The notes under the pieces were generated by a model. That model was not told the origin of the DNA, ran no database searches, and was given only the letters and a program-made list of their open reading frames with translations. Of a stretch of 64,000 nt of DNA, positions 61,622 through 64,000 are shown in pieces. Each line of letters starts with the position of its first letter. The stretch's first letter is position 1. The translations under genes were made by a program, and so were the position numbers. Source of the stretch: Coprothermobacterota bacterium (GTDB lineage: Bacteria > Coprothermobacterota > Coprothermobacteria > Coprothermobacterales > Coprothermobacteraceae); the NCBI GenBank assembly GCA_036679065.1, contig JAZIGN010000003.1, positions 480,001 through 544,000 on the forward strand. The letters are read 5' to 3'.

Positions 61622-62703
61622 TTCAAACAGACGTCATGGTAATAGGCGGTGGCCCGGCGGGTATGAACGCAGCATTGGCGGCAGCTGAGAGCGGGGCACA
61701 GGTCCTATTGGTTGATAAATTTCAGAAACTTGGTGGTCAATTGGTCAAGCAGACACACAAGTTTTTTGGTTGGGCCCAGCGAGGTGCTGGTACCCGTGGG
61801 TTTAACTTGGCGAAACAGCTCGCAGCTCAGGTGAATGCCCAACCAAACATTAAGACCTTGTTGGGGTACGAAGTAGTAGGCGCATACCCAGATCAGACGT
61901 ACTTGGCTGCTTCTTGGGAGGATCACGTAAAGATATCTGCCAAAAAAGTTGTTGTCTGCACGGGTGCTGCTGAGAGGATGATATTATTTGAAAACAATGA
62001 CATGCCTGGAGTAATGGGTGCAGGTGCGGTTCAAACCCTCATGAACGAGTATGGTGTGCTTCCAGGTGAAAATTTCCTCATCGTAGGCAGTGGAAATGTG
62101 GGCGTCATATTAGCCTACCAGTTGCTTCAGGCAGGAGCTAATGTGGATGCCATCATTGACGTATTACCCAAGCTTGGCGGTGCATACTGGGTACACGCTG
62201 CTAAGGTTCAAAGGTTAGGGGTACCCCTTTTGTTAAAGCGTACAGTACTTGGTGTCTATGGCAGTGACCATGTGGAAGAAGCCGTTACTGTTGAAGTTGG
62301 TGAGAACATGCAACCAATTCCTGGCAGCGAAATGCGTCACAAGGTTGATGTAGTGGCACTGGCGGTGGGATTAATGCCCATGGCGGATTTGTTCCAAATG
62401 CTTCAGGTTGAGACAGTTTATATTCCAGAGCTAGGTGGGTTTGTACCGTGGCATGACGAGTTGGGTCACACGACTAATCCAAGCATTTATGTTGCTGGAG
62501 ATGCAGGAGGTATTGAGGAAGCTACCACTGCAAGCTTAGCGGGAAGTATCGCTGGTTTAGTGGCTGCAAAGGAGCTTGGTTTTACAGTTAATGAAAACTG
62601 GATTGACGAATACCTACAGGCTCTTAGTAGTTTCAGGGAAAGCTCCCTAAGTAGAAAAGTGCTTGAGGGGATTGAACGCATGAGAGGTGATGGCAATGCT
62701 TGA
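61618..62703 (+). CDS. NAD(P)/FAD-dependent oxidoreductase (alpha-type subunit)
   Basis: IGGGPAGM, LGGQLVKQTHKFFG, TGAAER..FENNDMPGV, GSGNVG, YVAGDAGGIEEA. Confidence 0.9.
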   Translation: MIQTDVMVIGGGPAGMNAALAAAESGAQVLLVDKFQKLGGQLVKQTHKFFGWAQRGAGTRGFNLAKQLAAQVNAQPNIKTLLGYEVVGAYPDQTYLAASWEDHVKISAKKVVVCTGAAERMILFENNDMPGVMGAGAVQTLMNEYGVLPGENFLIVGSGNVGVILAYQLLQAGANVDAIIDVLPKLGGAYWVHAAKVQRLGVPLLLKRTVLGVYGSDHVEEAVTVEVGENMQPIPGSEMRHKVDVVALAVGLMPMADLFQMLQVETVYIPELGGFVPWHDELGHTTNPSIYVAGDAGGIEEATTASLAGSIAGLVAAKELGFTVNENWIDEYLQALSSFRESSLSRKVLEGIERMRGDGNA

Positions 62704-63181
62704 GGTGGATGGTGTCCCCACTTTAGATGACGTCATGGGGAATTTCCCTAGTGAAGAACGCCTTCTTAAGGGATTTGTGGCTGTACATGAATGCTATCAA
62801 GATATACCTTGCAATCCATGTGTAGAATCTTGTCCCGTGCACGCAATTTCCATGGAAAAACTTACCTCACCGCCAGTGATCGATTTTGATAAATGCACTG
62901 GCTGTGGCAACTGTGTGGCTTCCTGCCCAGGGCTAGCCATATTCTTACTTTCTTTGAAGAATGGCGACGCACAGGTAACCATACCTTACGAGATGATTAA
63001 CGTTCCCGAAAAAGGAGAAAAAGTGGACGGTCTTGATCGATATGGAAAGAAAGTTTGTGATGCCCAGGTGGTTCGCGTAGTTAAACTTCCTTCTCTGGAT
63101 AAAACTAGCAAAACTACTTTGGTGACGCTGGAGATTCCGAGAGAACAGTTGCCTGTTGTGCGCTCCTTTAGAAGGAGATGA
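62696..63181 (+). CDS. 2[4Fe-4S] ferredoxin-like subunit
   Basis: ECYQDIPCNPCVESCP and CTGCGNCVASCPGLAIF. Confidence 0.9.
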   Translation: MLEVDGVPTLDDVMGNFPSEERLLKGFVAVHECYQDIPCNPCVESCPVHAISMEKLTSPPVIDFDKCTGCGNCVASCPGLAIFLLSLKNGDAQVTIPYEMINVPEKGEKVDGLDRYGKKVCDAQVVRVVKLPSLDKTSKTTLVTLEIPREQLPVVRSFRRR

Positions 63182-63187
63182 TTAGGG

Positions 63188-63469
63188 ATGAATGAAGAAA
63201 ACATCGTAGTTTGCAGATGTGAGGATATCACCCTCAGAGAACTTAGAGAAGCCATAAAGGAAGGTTATGACTCTTGGGATAAACTAAAACGTTATTTAAG
63301 AATCGGTATGGGCCCTTGTGGCGGCAAGACTTGCAGACTTCTAGTGCTTCGAGAATTGGCCATGGTGAAAAATGTGCCTATATCCAAGCTTTACGTGCGA
63401 AAAACCGTAGTTAGGCCTCCTATAAGAAGTGTACCTTTCAATGCCCTGGAGAAGGAGGCGAGCTTATGA
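63188..63469 (+). CDS. BFD-like [2Fe-2S]-binding subunit
   Basis: VCRCEDIT..LKRYLRIGMGPCGGKTC..RPP. Confidence 0.9.
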   Translation: MNEENIVVCRCEDITLRELREAIKEGYDSWDKLKRYLRIGMGPCGGKTCRLLVLRELAMVKNVPISKLYVRKTVVRPPIRSVPFNALEKEASL

Positions 63470-64000
63470 CTTATGACGTGATCATAGTAGGTGGTGGCAT
63501 ACAAGGTGTAGCGACAGCGTATGAGTTAGCAAAAAGAGGTGCTGGCAAGATATTGCTTCTGGAGAAAACAATTCTAACTGGTGGGTCAACGGGTTCGTGT
63601 GCGGCTGGTATAAGAGCCCAGTTCGGCTCAGAATTCAACGTGCGCCTCATGGCACGAAGTTTGGAAATATTTGAACACATGGACGAAGAACTCGGTTACA
63701 GCAAAGAATATCTTGAGCTGTGGCAAGGTGGGTATTTAGTGTTGGCTTACTCGGAAAAAGAATTTGAAGGACTGAAACGTAATGCAGAGGTTCAGCATAG
63801 ATTCGGCCTGGATACAGCCATACTGTCTCCTGAAGAAGTTCAGAAAGATTTCCCGCGTGTCAACATAGATGGTGTAGTTGGAGCCACGTATCACAGCCGG
63901 GATGGTCATGCAGATCCGTTTCGTGTTACGTTTGCCTACGCAGAAGCTGCACGGAAGCTGGGAGTGGAGATAAGGGAATGGGCTCCTGTTTCAGAGATTC
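63466..64000 (+). CDS. FAD-dependent amino-acid dehydrogenase (sarcosine oxidase beta/proline dehydrogenase-like), truncated by the window end
   Basis: Translated by hand from ATG 63466: MTYDVIIVGGGIQGVATAYELAKRG..LLEK..GGSTGSCAAGIRAQF..DGHADPF; AAGGAGG SD. Confidence 0.9.
   Translation, partial: MTYDVIIVGGGIQGVATAYELAKRGAGKILLLEKTILTGGSTGSCAAGIRAQFGSEFNVRLMARSLEIFEHMDEELGYSKEYLELWQGGYLVLAYSEKEFEGLKRNAEVQHRFGLDTAILSPEEVQKDFPRVNIDGVVGATYHSRDGHADPFRVTFAYAEAARKLGVEIREWAPVSEI

Overview
Core-genome window from a bacterium with anaerobic, peptide-fermenting gene content. The 16S sequence and gene set look like Coprothermobacter; this is recognition from memory, not a database result. The window contains one complete rRNA operon (16S-23S-5S, no spacer tRNA) and about 55 CDS. 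These cover peptide and amino-acid use (OPT transporter, PepT, NhaC-family transporter, Asp racemase, proline/sarcosine dehydrogenase-like cluster), redox (NfnAB, superoxide reductase, ferritin/Dps-like protein), copper handling (CsoR, CopA, YHS), DNA repair (RarA, Xth, RecF, UvrC, Dut), folate synthesis, signalling (ECF sigma, CZB chemoreceptor, HD-GYP) and a MacAB-like exporter. No CRISPR array, tRNA or mobile element was seen. The most notable observations are: (1) a compact folate locus with a FolP carrying a Helicobacter-type reductase-like N-terminal domain, a FolK-FolC fusion and a divergent TPR-CofE-like ligase; (2) an exact 58-bp tandem duplication that creates a new TTGAAA-N17-TATAAT promoter and a mini-ORF ahead of a radical SAM gene; (3) G at 23S position 2058, the macrolide-resistance state; (4) recurrent leaderless gene starts; (5) several proteins that appear to have lost key residues (Clp-fold protease without Ser/His, MoaD without GG, Hyf/Nuo-like membrane pair); (6) an unannotated 33-aa Met/Trp-rich ORF ahead of the exporter.
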